Shown: positions 47,573-56,179, counted from the stretch's first letter. The stretch is DNA of 64,000 nt from Gammaproteobacteria bacterium (GCA_045107005.1 JBGCFP010000003.1:4164-68163), one strand, 5' to 3'. Numbers and translations: made by a program. Notes: a model not told the origin generated them from the sequence alone.

Positions 47573-48228
47573 TGCGCGCCGCTCGCAAAGCCTACGAGGC
47601 CGTGCGTCATGAGATCATTGAAGGACGCTTTGCGCCCGGCGATCGGATCACCGAATCGGAAATTGCCAAAAGCGCCAGCGTCAGCCGCACGCCGGTTCGC
47701 GAAGCGCTGCATCGACTCGAAGCCGAGGGCTTGATTCGATTCGTACCTAACCAAGGTGCCTACGTGAGCAGTTTCGGCCTGGAGGAGGCTGAGGAGATTT
47801 TTGAACTGCGGGCCATGCTTGAAGCGTACTCCGTCCGACTCTGCGTCGACCGCGCCACGCCCGCTGAGATTGCCACGATGCGCGAACTGGCCGAAGCGCA
47901 GCTCGCCGAATCCGAAAAGAGCAAGTCGGGTTATTTGCAACGCGTCGCGGACTTGAACGGGCAGTTCCACAACGCGCTGCTTGACGCCTGTCGCAGCGAT
48001 CCGTTGCGCGCGACCTTGGGCGCCCTGACCAATGCGCCGCTGGTCTTTCAGACGTTTCGCGATTATTCGAAAAGCAATTTGGTGCGCAGCGCACAGCATC
48101 ATCTGGAAGTGGTTCAAGCCATCGAAGCGGGCAACGCGCCGTGGGCCTCCGCCGTGATGCGCGCGCATATTCTGGCCGCGCGCTCCGTGTTTCGCGACGT
48201 GCACGGCGCGCGCATGGCGGCAGAATAG
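47572..48228 (+). CDS. GntR family transcriptional regulator, FadR/FCD subfamily
   Basis: wHTH ITESEIAKSASVSRTPVREALHRLEAEGLI plus an all-helical FCD-like C-terminal domain. TGATG overlap with the lyase gene. Confidence 0.9.
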   Translation: MRAARKAYEAVRHEIIEGRFAPGDRITESEIAKSASVSRTPVREALHRLEAEGLIRFVPNQGAYVSSFGLEEAEEIFELRAMLEAYSVRLCVDRATPAEIATMRELAEAQLAESEKSKSGYLQRVADLNGQFHNALLDACRSDPLRATLGALTNAPLVFQTFRDYSKSNLVRSAQHHLEVVQAIEAGNAPWASAVMRAHILAARSVFRDVHGARMAAE

Positions 48229-48302
48229 CCCGCGCCATATCGGCTTTGAAAAATCCCCCCGGATCAGCGTTAAATAGAGATCTATTGACGAGGGGGAAGA
48301 AC

Positions 48303-49526
48303 ATGCAACGAATGGGATTGAAAATCGGGCTGGCCGTGGTGGCGAGCGGGTTGTTTGGTAGCGCAGCGTATGCGGTAGACAGCGACGGAGACGGCGTCGA
48401 TGACAGCGTCGATAACTGCTCGCAGCAGGCAAATGCTGACCAGCGCGATTCCAACGGCGACGGCTTTGGCAACGTTTGCGACACCGACTTGAACAACGAT
48501 CTGATCGTCAACGTCGTTGACCTCGGGATTTTTCGGTCCGTGTTTTTCTCGGGCGACGCCGATGCGGATGCGAACGGCGACGGCACGGTCAACGTTGTGG
48601 ATCTGGGCGTACTGCGCAGCCAGTTTTTCTCGGCGCCTGGTCCGGGTGCTGTACCCCCCGCCGGCTTTGGCCAGCGACCGGCGTCGGTGGATTTCGATTT
48701 TGACAACAACGGCTTGGTCGATGCGCAATCGGTTATCACTTACGATGATGATGGCAACGTAACGTCGCAGACCTACACGATCACCGGCGACGGCACACCG
48801 GACTTGTTCAACCCTGTATCCGATGCGAATTTCCAGGCCGATTACACTTGGGAAGACGGCCTGTTGACGCTGGTTGAACAAGACAACATTACCGATGGCA
48901 ACGATTTCGTTTCGGCCATCAGCTATGTCGACGGTGTGATGACCTCAACCGTAGAAAGCGTGTTTGACGCGATGGGCGGTTTGGTGGCGCAAGTCAACAT
49001 TGACTATGACTACCTGGACGATCTGCGAGTACGAGACACCTGGACGTTCGGGCCCGATAATTTGCCACTGCTGATTATTGATCACGTCTACGATGGCAAT
49101 GGATTGATCGCGACGTCATCGTGGGTGAATCAGCTGACACCGGGTGGTCAGGAGTTTGATTTCACTTGGAACACGGATGGCAAACTCACGCAGCGTCGCA
49201 CCGACGCGGATGCCGATGGCGTGTTTGAAGAAGTGATCGATATCGAGCACGCTGGTGGCGTGTCGACCATGCGTACGGTTACGGGCTCTCTGAGCTTCAC
49301 GCCCGCGGACTACACGGAGACACCTGCTTATGACACGGATGGGCGCATTCTGCGCATTGACTATGACGCCAACATCGACGGATCGATTGATGCGGTCGGG
49401 ACACCGGTGTGGGAAGAAGGGCCGTGTCAGCCGTTTTTTCTGCCTACGCTTAATCCCACCAACGAGTCGGGTTTTGACGGGGATCCCGATTCCGGTGTCG
49501 GTGACGTTCTGTTCTGCGGGCCGTAA
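48303..49526 (+). CDS. Secreted protein with an N-terminal TSP3 + dockerin-like module and an Asp/Thr/Gly-rich YD-like C-terminal region
   Basis: GAGGGGGA RBS. Signal peptide MQRMGLKIGLAVVASGLFGSAAYA. Module directly after the signal peptide. The remainder has no motif I recognise. Confidence 0.8.
   Translation: MQRMGLKIGLAVVASGLFGSAAYAVDSDGDGVDDSVDNCSQQANADQRDSNGDGFGNVCDTDLNNDLIVNVVDLGIFRSVFFSGDADADANGDGTVNVVDLGVLRSQFFSAPGPGAVPPAGFGQRPASVDFDFDNNGLVDAQSVITYDDDGNVTSQTYTITGDGTPDLFNPVSDANFQADYTWEDGLLTLVEQDNITDGNDFVSAISYVDGVMTSTVESVFDAMGGLVAQVNIDYDYLDDLRVRDTWTFGPDNLPLLIIDHVYDGNGLIATSSWVNQLTPGGQEFDFTWNTDGKLTQRRTDADADGVFEEVIDIEHAGGVSTMRTVTGSLSFTPADYTETPAYDTDGRILRIDYDANIDGSIDAVGTPVWEEGPCQPFFLPTLNPTNESGFDGDPDSGVGDVLFCGP
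48375..48647 (+). repeat. TSP3 + dockerin-like module, copy 6 (N-terminal)
   Basis: VDSDGDGVDDSVDNC..NGDGFGNVCDTDLNNDLIVNVVDLGIFRSVFF..DADANGDGTVNVVDLGVLRSQFFSAPGPG. Confidence 0.85.
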
Positions 49527-49561
49527 GCGGCGACTGCCGATTGCGTGACTAATCCGCGCAC

Positions 49562-49594
49562 AAAAAAGCCGCCTCGTCAGAGGCGGCCTTTGTT
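49562..49594. terminator. Bidirectional rho-independent terminator between convergent genes
   Basis: A6-GCCGCCTC-gtca-GAGGCGGC-CTTTGTT. A-tract and T-rich tract flank an 8-bp GC stem. Confidence 0.75.
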
Positions 49595-49622
49595 CACTGG
49601 GTGTGCGAGCTTCTTTGCGATC

Positions 49623-50156
49623 TTATGCCGCTAAAAAGTTCGCCAGGTCGCGCTCAACCCCGCTGAAGGCTGCGGGATTTCCGATGGCCTCGGAAACGCC
49701 GAGGCCGTCTAACACTTCGCTGACATTGGAGAGCGCGCCAAGCTTGTCGCCAACGGCCAGATTTCCGGCCGCTTGCATCGCATCGATGGCCGTCTGGCTC
49801 AGACCGAACTGAGTGCCGATTTCCTGCACGGCTTCGTCAACGACATCGCCGAGCGTGGAATTCGCCAAACCGCCGAACGCTGCGCCCAAAGGTCCGCCGA
49901 AGGCCGCGCCAATCGCTACGCCGATGGCCGCTTCAACCGCGGCGGATACCGCATCGCCGATGGCCTCGCCGAGCGCTTCGTTGCCCGTCACTGCGCCGAC
50001 GGCTGCGCCAATGGCGTCGCCGATGGCGTCTGCGACATCACTGACTGCGTCACTGACCGCGTCCGCTACGTCACCGATTCCACCTACCCCGGAGGAATCG
50101 CCGACGCCTCCGACACCACTTCCCGAGTCGCCACCTACGCCGCCTGCACCGTCCAT
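49623..50156 (-). CDS. Acidic Gly/Ala/Asp-rich protein with glycine-zipper (GxxxG)n segments, function unknown
   Basis: GGAG RBS 6 nt upstream of the ATG and a terminator downstream. The codon third positions are GC-rich like neighbouring genes. No signal peptide. Only 1 Lys and 1 Arg in 177 aa. Confidence 0.55.
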   Translation of the reverse strand: MDGAGGVGGDSGSGVGGVGDSSGVGGIGDVADAVSDAVSDVADAIGDAIGAAVGAVTGNEALGEAIGDAVSAAVEAAIGVAIGAAFGGPLGAAFGGLANSTLGDVVDEAVQEIGTQFGLSQTAIDAMQAAGNLAVGDKLGALSNVSEVLDGLGVSEAIGNPAAFSGVERDLANFLAA

Positions 50157-50228
50157 TGTTATCTCCCCAAACGTGATTCAGAGACTAAAAATAGACCGTC
50201 GCTGGTGTCGACGTTACTGGGGCAAACC

Positions 50229-51983
50229 CTATGCGTTGCCGCGAAGCTCGGCGAGGTTTTTGTCCACCGCTTCGAGAAACCCGTGCATATCGACAATGGT
50301 TTCGTTGTCCGGATCGGTGGTCTTGCCTTTGAGGTCGCCGGTGACAATGCCTTGTTCGACGGTATGGATTAAGGCCTTTTTCAGTGCGAGGGAGTAGTCG
50401 AGTAAAGCGTCGTTGTCTTCGCGCTTGCTCAACGCCTGCAGAGCATTGGCCAACGCATAGAGCAAGGCCGACGAATTGAACAGCGCCGTCTTGCCGTCGC
50501 TTTCCTGATACATCAGATATAAATCGTGCGCCGTGCCGTGTGGCGCTTCGTACAACATGGTGCCGTCTTTACTCTCAATGATTGAGCTGGCGGTGGCGAG
50601 GCTGCCACCGAGCGCAGCGGAGATGTCCGAGAAAATATCGCCGTCGAGGTTTTGCGCAGGATAGAGTGCGTTGCGCGGCGGATCGGTGATCATCTTTGTT
50701 AGCTGTAGCGACGGGCGCATGATCATGAACGAGGGCGGCGCTGTGTTGTTTGCCGCCAATTCCTGGCGGACTTCATTGATGACGGTACTGAACACGTCGT
50801 CATAGTCCATGTATTCGCGCTTGAGTCCGAAATACACTTCCTTATGCTTGTGCGAGGCATCGCGGAAAACCTGACTTACCCAGTCCTTGATTGCCGCGCG
50901 GTCGTTGGACATCAGCAGAATCGGGTCGCCTTCTTCGACCAGGCGCGCGTGCTTTTCCTTGCCGTCGACAATCACTTTCAAGATGCCCGCTTCGGCGGCA
51001 GGCGCGTTAAAACTGCCGTACTGGTCGCCGCCGCCGGCGCTCATGCGCGAAATAGAGACGTGCGCCTCGCGGCTGGGAATGCCGTATTTTTTCAGGTTGG
51101 TAACAAGCTTGAGAAGTTTGCGACCCGACGTGTTATCGGGCACACCCCACAGAGCGCGCTCGGGCGGGTTGGCGACGATGCGGGCGGCCTGTGCATCAAT
51201 GAGCTCGTAGTGATACTCCAGGCCCAGCGCGGCGAGCTTTTTCTGGTAGTCGCGTTCGTAGATGTCTTCGATGGCCTCGCGCATCACGCCGTCGTAACCC
51301 GGAATGACGGTGTCCTTAAGGCCCAGATAGACGTGACGTTTTTCTTCCAGCGCGCGTTTGAAAAACCGGTGCGCCCAGGCTTTCACGTTCTCGATATTGT
51401 TGGTGGCCAGTAGCCACGGGTCGCCGCGTTGAATGAAGCGACGATGCAGTTCGATTGGGTCGCCGCTGGCACCAATGAAAATCAGTTTGACGACACCGGT
51501 GGATTTCGACAGTTCATTGTGACTGTCCTTGATCCCACCATCGTCCATGGTGACAACTTCGATGTCGCGACCAACCCAGCCCGGCTTGCGCACTTCGAGA
51601 TTGCGAAACTGGATGTCTTCACGGGTGATGTTGCCGCCTATGCCCTTGCGGATGGCGCCGTTAGGAGACTTGGTGGCCAGCTTGTGCAGGTCAGCTTCCT
51701 GGATAGTCGGATTGGCGGCCAGCAGCTCGTCGAGCTGATCGCGGTTGACCGTCATGCCCGCATTTTTGACCCCAACGCCGTGCACCTTGAGCGCTTCGAT
51801 CGCGTCGACGACGGCTTGACCGTTGGTCAGCAGCCGGTTTTCGGCAGACAGATCAATGTCAATCAGCTCAATGTCCAAACGTTTTTCGACGAAGGTTTTC
51901 AGGATCAGCTCAAAAGCGACTTGGGCCATCTCGTCTCCGTGCAGGACAACGAGCGGGTTCGCGACGGTGATTTTCTCAGGCAT
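50229..51983 (-). CDS. icd: Isocitrate dehydrogenase, enlarged type II (eukaryote-like) form, probably NAD-specific (ClIDH-like)
   Basis: N-terminal NPLVVLHGDEMAQV and C-terminal HGTAHDLY type II IDH blocks. 584 aa, about 160 aa longer than ordinary type II IDH. Asp487-Leu488 sit at the cofactor-specificity position. Confidence 0.8.
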   Translation of the reverse strand: MPEKITVANPLVVLHGDEMAQVAFELILKTFVEKRLDIELIDIDLSAENRLLTNGQAVVDAIEALKVHGVGVKNAGMTVNRDQLDELLAANPTIQEADLHKLATKSPNGAIRKGIGGNITREDIQFRNLEVRKPGWVGRDIEVVTMDDGGIKDSHNELSKSTGVVKLIFIGASGDPIELHRRFIQRGDPWLLATNNIENVKAWAHRFFKRALEEKRHVYLGLKDTVIPGYDGVMREAIEDIYERDYQKKLAALGLEYHYELIDAQAARIVANPPERALWGVPDNTSGRKLLKLVTNLKKYGIPSREAHVSISRMSAGGGDQYGSFNAPAAEAGILKVIVDGKEKHARLVEEGDPILLMSNDRAAIKDWVSQVFRDASHKHKEVYFGLKREYMDYDDVFSTVINEVRQELAANNTAPPSFMIMRPSLQLTKMITDPPRNALYPAQNLDGDIFSDISAALGGSLATASSIIESKDGTMLYEAPHGTAHDLYLMYQESDGKTALFNSSALLYALANALQALSKREDNDALLDYSLALKKALIHTVEQGIVTGDLKGKTTDPDNETIVDMHGFLEAVDKNLAELRGNA

Positions 51984-52108
51984 GGTCTTTCCTTTGGGGT
52001 CAGGCGGCGCGTGCGCGCGTCTCGGCTCGTATTGTGCCAGAACACGCCGTGTTGCGGGCCGTGTCGCCCGTGTAAAATGGTCAGATCGTCACAAACCGCT
52101 GAGACAAC

Positions 52109-52435
52109 ATGAGCAAGAATTCGCGCCTGGTCTATTCGACCGATTCGGGCCGCATCAAGTCAGCCGCGGCCGCCGCCGACATGCCGCCGACGGGCGACGG
52201 GATTGTCCGGATCCGCCGGGAGACCAAAGGGCGCGGCGGTAAAGGGGTCAGTGTGATCACCGGCCTTGGTCTGCCTGCCGCAAAGCTCAAGCCGCTGGCC
52301 AAGGCGCTCAAGCAGCGCTGCGGGGTCGGCGGTGCCGTGAAAAAGTGGGATATCGAGATCCAGGGCGACCAGCGCGAGGTGCTGCAAGCCGAGCTCGAGA
52401 AACGCGGGTTTACCGTGAAGCTGGCCGGGGGTTAG
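52109..52435 (+). CDS. yciH: SUI1/YciH family translation initiation factor-like protein
   Basis: VRIRRETKGRGGKGVSVITGL ... IEIQGDQRE ... GFTVK SUI1 pattern. 108 aa. Confidence 0.85.
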   Translation: MSKNSRLVYSTDSGRIKSAAAAADMPPTGDGIVRIRRETKGRGGKGVSVITGLGLPAAKLKPLAKALKQRCGVGGAVKKWDIEIQGDQREVLQAELEKRGFTVKLAGG

Positions 52436-52438
52436 TTC

Positions 52439-52684
52439 GTGCAGGCCGAGCAGCCGTTCCCGCCTGAATACCTGAAATTGCTGGTCACCACGGCCATGCC
52501 GTTTGGCAAGTACACAGGGCGGCCCATCGCGAATCTGCCTGAACCTTACCTCGTTTGGTTCAAGGGCCAGGGGTTTCCGGCTGGTCGGCTGGGTCAACTG
52601 ATGGCTTTGATGCTTGAAATCAAATTGAACGGTTTGGAACCCATCCTCGAACCGCTGCGTCCAGACAGCGCGTCGTCGCGTTGA
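52439..52684 (+). CDS. DUF3820-like small protein
   Basis: MPFGKYTGRPIANLPEPYLVWF motif recalled from DUF3820. GTG start 4 nt after the yciH stop. Confidence 0.6.
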   Translation: MQAEQPFPPEYLKLLVTTAMPFGKYTGRPIANLPEPYLVWFKGQGFPAGRLGQLMALMLEIKLNGLEPILEPLRPDSASSR

Positions 52685-53358
52685 CCGAGCGTCGCCGCTA
52701 CGACTGCCGGCGCACCGTTGGCGCTACCCTGGCGGGCGGCACGCTGGAACCAGGCGCGTGGGCGGATATTGCGTGGACCGCGGACTTCGTGGATATCGAG
52801 ACGGGCTGCGATGCGCCCGCGGCGCGCCGTGCTCGCGCCAAGCTGGCGTGGAATGACAGCGGGCTGTTCGTGCTCGCACACCTGGTGGACACTGACGTGA
52901 GCGCGAAAGTCACGAAGGGCGGTCCCGAGATACTGCGCGACAACACGTTCGAGTTATTGCTCGACCCGGACTGCGACGGGCTGAACTACTACGAAGTGCA
53001 GATCAACGCGTTGGGAGCGTGCTGGGAACTGGCGTTGCCAAAACCCTACTCAGCGGGTGGTGTTGCGGATCCGGGCGGTCGCGTTGCCGGTATGGCGCGC
53101 GCGGTGACCGTGTACGGAATGCTGAATGATTCGTCCCGAGTTGATGACGGTTGGGAGGTGTCGCTGGCGTTACCGTGGTCTGGTCTGATTCCCTTTCATC
53201 GCCTGCGCCAATGCCCACCCACGCGAGGTGACGCCTGGCGTATCAATATGGCGCGCTTGCAGTGGTCTGTTGAGGGCAAGGAGTACTGGGTTTGGAGCGT
53301 CCAGGGAGAGCTAAATCTGCACGCGCCCGCACAGTGGGGGGATCTGGTGTTTGGCTAG
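52681..53358 (+). CDS. Carbohydrate-binding family 9-like protein
   Basis: AKLAWNDSGLFV..DNTFELLLDPDCDGLNYYEVQINALG..GDAWRINMARLQW pattern recalled for CBM9-like proteins. TTG start overlaps the previous stop. Confidence 0.6.
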   Translation: MTERRRYDCRRTVGATLAGGTLEPGAWADIAWTADFVDIETGCDAPAARRARAKLAWNDSGLFVLAHLVDTDVSAKVTKGGPEILRDNTFELLLDPDCDGLNYYEVQINALGACWELALPKPYSAGGVADPGGRVAGMARAVTVYGMLNDSSRVDDGWEVSLALPWSGLIPFHRLRQCPPTRGDAWRINMARLQWSVEGKEYWVWSVQGELNLHAPAQWGDLVFG

Positions 53359-53421
53359 AACCGGTGCCGAAGCCGGTTAGCCGTCAAGCGGCAGTGGTAT
53401 TGCCAGCGTTGACGCAATATT

Positions 53422-54141
53422 TCAGGTCATGGCCGAGATTTGGTTGGCGGGAGAATCGGACGTTGGGCCGAGCATCGCGGCGTAGCTGGTCATGCCCTCA
53501 TGAGCGGCCGCCGAGTGGGCGCCGCCGCACGCCGGACAACCCGATTTCGCGGACTCGGGACTCTGATCTTGATCGATTTCGGACGGTTTCTGGTCGCTCT
53601 CGCCAAGCCCGCCCGGGCTCGAGCTCAACGCATTTTCCTCGCTGTCTGCACTGGCGAGTTCCGCCGCGGCTTCGCTGGCCATTTGGGCAGCCTGTGCTGC
53701 GACGGCGCGGTCCTGGGCGGAGGGATTATTGGGCGCGAGTGCGGCCCGGCGAATAATCTGGGCTTTGCGCAGCGTTGCGGCCGGATCGCCTTTGACTTGG
53801 GACGTGTCGATCTGCACTTCGCCGCCGATCGCGTAAAGACGCTGGTCCGGACCGCGTTCATAGGTGTAGGTCGCACCACCTTGCGCGAGCGAACCGGCAG
53901 CGGCCAGATGCGCTTGTTCGTGAGCGCGGACTTCACGATCGCGTTCCTTGAGCTCGCGCAGGCGCTTCTGGTCGGCCTCGCTCAGTGTGGCTTCCGGCGT
54001 TGTCGTATCGTCGCCAGGTTGTGCCTGCGCCTCCTCCGGGGGCTCCTGGCGCACCGGTGGTGCGACTGAGCGGAAGGCTGTGCTGGCGGTGTGAACGTGA
54101 CCAATCAAAGGGTGTACCGGCGTAATTTGATTTCCGAACAA
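53422..54141 (-). CDS. SprA-related / putative metalloprotease CJM1_0395-family protein
   Basis: RELKERDREVRAHEQAHLAAAG...GGATYTYERGPDQRLYAIGGEVQIDTS block recalled from the SprA-related family. The start codon is uncertain (TTG, no clear RBS). Confidence 0.6.
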   Translation of the reverse strand: MFGNQITPVHPLIGHVHTASTAFRSVAPPVRQEPPEEAQAQPGDDTTTPEATLSEADQKRLRELKERDREVRAHEQAHLAAAGSLAQGGATYTYERGPDQRLYAIGGEVQIDTSQVKGDPAATLRKAQIIRRAALAPNNPSAQDRAVAAQAAQMASEAAAELASADSEENALSSSPGGLGESDQKPSEIDQDQSPESAKSGCPACGGAHSAAAHEGMTSYAAMLGPTSDSPANQISAMT

Positions 54142-54196
54142 CCGGTAGCGACGAAAGCGGCGAAACCTTTAGCCCCTTTGCGGCTCAAGTTTCATA

Positions 54197-56179
54197 TCAA
54201 AACGGCTGGAAACCCTGGTCCGTGAGCATGTCCGGCGCGAAGTAGGCGTTGCGCCCCTTGATGACGTGACGCACTTTGTACAGCGCCGCCAGATCATCGA
54301 GTGGGTTTCCGTCTACCAGATACAGGTGTGCCTCCTTGCCAACGGTGATCGAGCCCAGCCGATGGTCTTGCTGCATGTGCCTTGATGCCTCAATGGTGGC
54401 CAGTTGCAACACTTCACTGTTCGCAATACCGGCCTGCGCGTAGAACATCAGTTCACGGATCAACGTAAAGCCGGGCAACATGTTGTCGGTGCCGGGCAGC
54501 AGGCGAATTCCCTGATCGTGTAAGAGGCGTATCAACTCGAGCGAACGCTCTGCAGCCGCTGCATACTCGGTTTCCTTACCGTCGTTGTAAGACGCTGATG
54601 CGATCGTCTGGCGACGTGTGTTCGCAGGGAGATGCTCGGCGATGTCGCGAAACACAATCGATGTTTTGCCCGGTTCGTTCAGGAACATGTTCATGAAAAT
54701 GGAGAGCGTTGGGTCCAGGGCGATGCCGCGTTCTTTCATCCCTTTGACAAACGCCCGAACCTCGCGCGACGTCAGGTCGATCGTGCCCGCTTTCTCACCG
54801 GGTACTTTGAATCGGGTTGGCGTACGTGTGTCGAGTTGCTGCGCGCCCAGGAAATTCAGCAGCACCATGTTGATGTGCGTGATTTCATCGTAGCCGGCGT
54901 CGATCGCCTGTTGCGCGTCCATGAACGCGGGCACGTGACCCTGGACTGTCATGCCGCGGTCGTGAGCCAGCTTGGCGAGCGGTGCTACCCAGTCCGGGTC
55001 GATGGAGCTATACAGCTTGATGCCGATGTAGCCGTGCTGCGCGTAAAACTCGATGTGGTCTTTGGCTTCCTGCAAGGTATCGGCCAGTCGCCCCGTGGGC
55101 GCAGCGAACTCGCCACGTTTGTCGACGAAACCCAGCGCGTAGACGTCGGGCCCTGCGATGCGGTCAAGACGCACGTCGCGGCTGAGTTTGGTGGTGACTT
55201 CGTGTTCATTGGCCATGTCGCGCACGTTGGTCACGCCGGACGCCAGGTAATTGAGGTAGCTGTTGGCACTGACGTGGCCGTGCATGTCCCACAGCGTCGG
55301 CAGGAGTGTCTGGCCGACGCCGTCAATAACGAACGTATCTTTGGGCAGCGTCACGTCTTTGGGGTACAAAGCCGTGATCTTGCCGTCAAAAATCGTCACG
55401 GTTTGTGGTTCGCTGAGCTCGCCCGTCAAGCTGTCGAACACGCGCGCGCCGCGGATAGCGACCAATCCTTCGAGCGGCCGTGTGTGTCGGTCTCGCTGCG
55501 CGGTGAAGTGTTTGTCATTGGCGGCAATCTGACGTTGTTTTAGTTGGCCGATATGGGTTTCGTAGCCTTTGCGGGTCATGCCGAACCAGCCGTAGTCGAC
55601 GCCAAACAGCTGTTTTTGGTCGTCAAGCCATACGTGCGCCGGGTTGGTGTCGAGGCCGCGTATGCCGTAGAGCGTTACGTTTTTGTCGCCAAATTTTGCG
55701 CTGTCCAGGACCTCGAGTGACGCCGTGCCGGTTGGCAGCAGAGGCAGCGCATTGTCGTCGGTGGCCAGGATCGCGCGCGCGAGCATCGCCATGAGTTCTG
55801 GGGGGCCGTTGTTGGGCAAATAGAACGCGTCGCCACCGAACGCACTGTCGCCTTTTTCGTTTGCTGATCTCCATGTCGCGTGTTGGCTGGAGGACGTGAA
55901 CTGTTCGTCGACCTCGCCTTTTTGATAGTTGACGCCCGTTACACTGACCTGGGTTGGCACTCCCTGGTCATTGATTACGACGCGCGTTGTGGTGGCGGGC
56001 CCACGGCCGCGATCGCTGAAATGAAACGCGATTTCGACGCTGCCATCTTCGTGCAACGTCGTGGTTTGCGCCCCCGAGGGCTGATCGATTGTCAACCAGG
56101 TGTACTCGAGCGATTCGGCGTGGGCGAAGGTCGTTGCGATGCCCGCGATCAGAAGAAGAATCCTGGCAATGTGGGTCAT
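54197..56179 (-). CDS. Secreted amidohydrolase family protein (metal-dependent hydrolase, TIM-barrel)
   Basis: Signal peptide MTHIARILLLIAGIATTFAHA. The LWDMHGHV H-x-H metal motif and later conserved His/Asp positions fit. Confidence 0.8.
   Translation of the reverse strand: MTHIARILLLIAGIATTFAHAESLEYTWLTIDQPSGAQTTTLHEDGSVEIAFHFSDRGRGPATTTRVVINDQGVPTQVSVTGVNYQKGEVDEQFTSSSQHATWRSANEKGDSAFGGDAFYLPNNGPPELMAMLARAILATDDNALPLLPTGTASLEVLDSAKFGDKNVTLYGIRGLDTNPAHVWLDDQKQLFGVDYGWFGMTRKGYETHIGQLKQRQIAANDKHFTAQRDRHTRPLEGLVAIRGARVFDSLTGELSEPQTVTIFDGKITALYPKDVTLPKDTFVIDGVGQTLLPTLWDMHGHVSANSYLNYLASGVTNVRDMANEHEVTTKLSRDVRLDRIAGPDVYALGFVDKRGEFAAPTGRLADTLQEAKDHIEFYAQHGYIGIKLYSSIDPDWVAPLAKLAHDRGMTVQGHVPAFMDAQQAIDAGYDEITHINMVLLNFLGAQQLDTRTPTRFKVPGEKAGTIDLTSREVRAFVKGMKERGIALDPTLSIFMNMFLNEPGKTSIVFRDIAEHLPANTRRQTIASASYNDGKETEYAAAAERSLELIRLLHDQGIRLLPGTDNMLPGFTLIRELMFYAQAGIANSEVLQLATIEASRHMQQDHRLGSITVGKEAHLYLVDGNPLDDLAALYKVRHVIKGRNAYFAPDMLTDQGFQPF

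Noticed and set aside
5239-48647. Interpreting the dockerin-like modules as evidence for a cellulosome.
   Set aside because: No cohesin or scaffoldin and no recognisable glycoside hydrolase catalytic domain is present in the window, and the host appears to be Gram-negative. Only the generic docking-tag hypothesis is retained.
49773-50397. Plus-strand ORFs 49773-50372 and 49813-50397 overlapping the Gly-zipper ORF and the icd 3' end.
   Set aside because: They run antisense into icd, encode Pro/Ser/Thr/Ala-rich low-complexity translations and lack an RBS. The minus-strand ORF has an RBS and a terminator.
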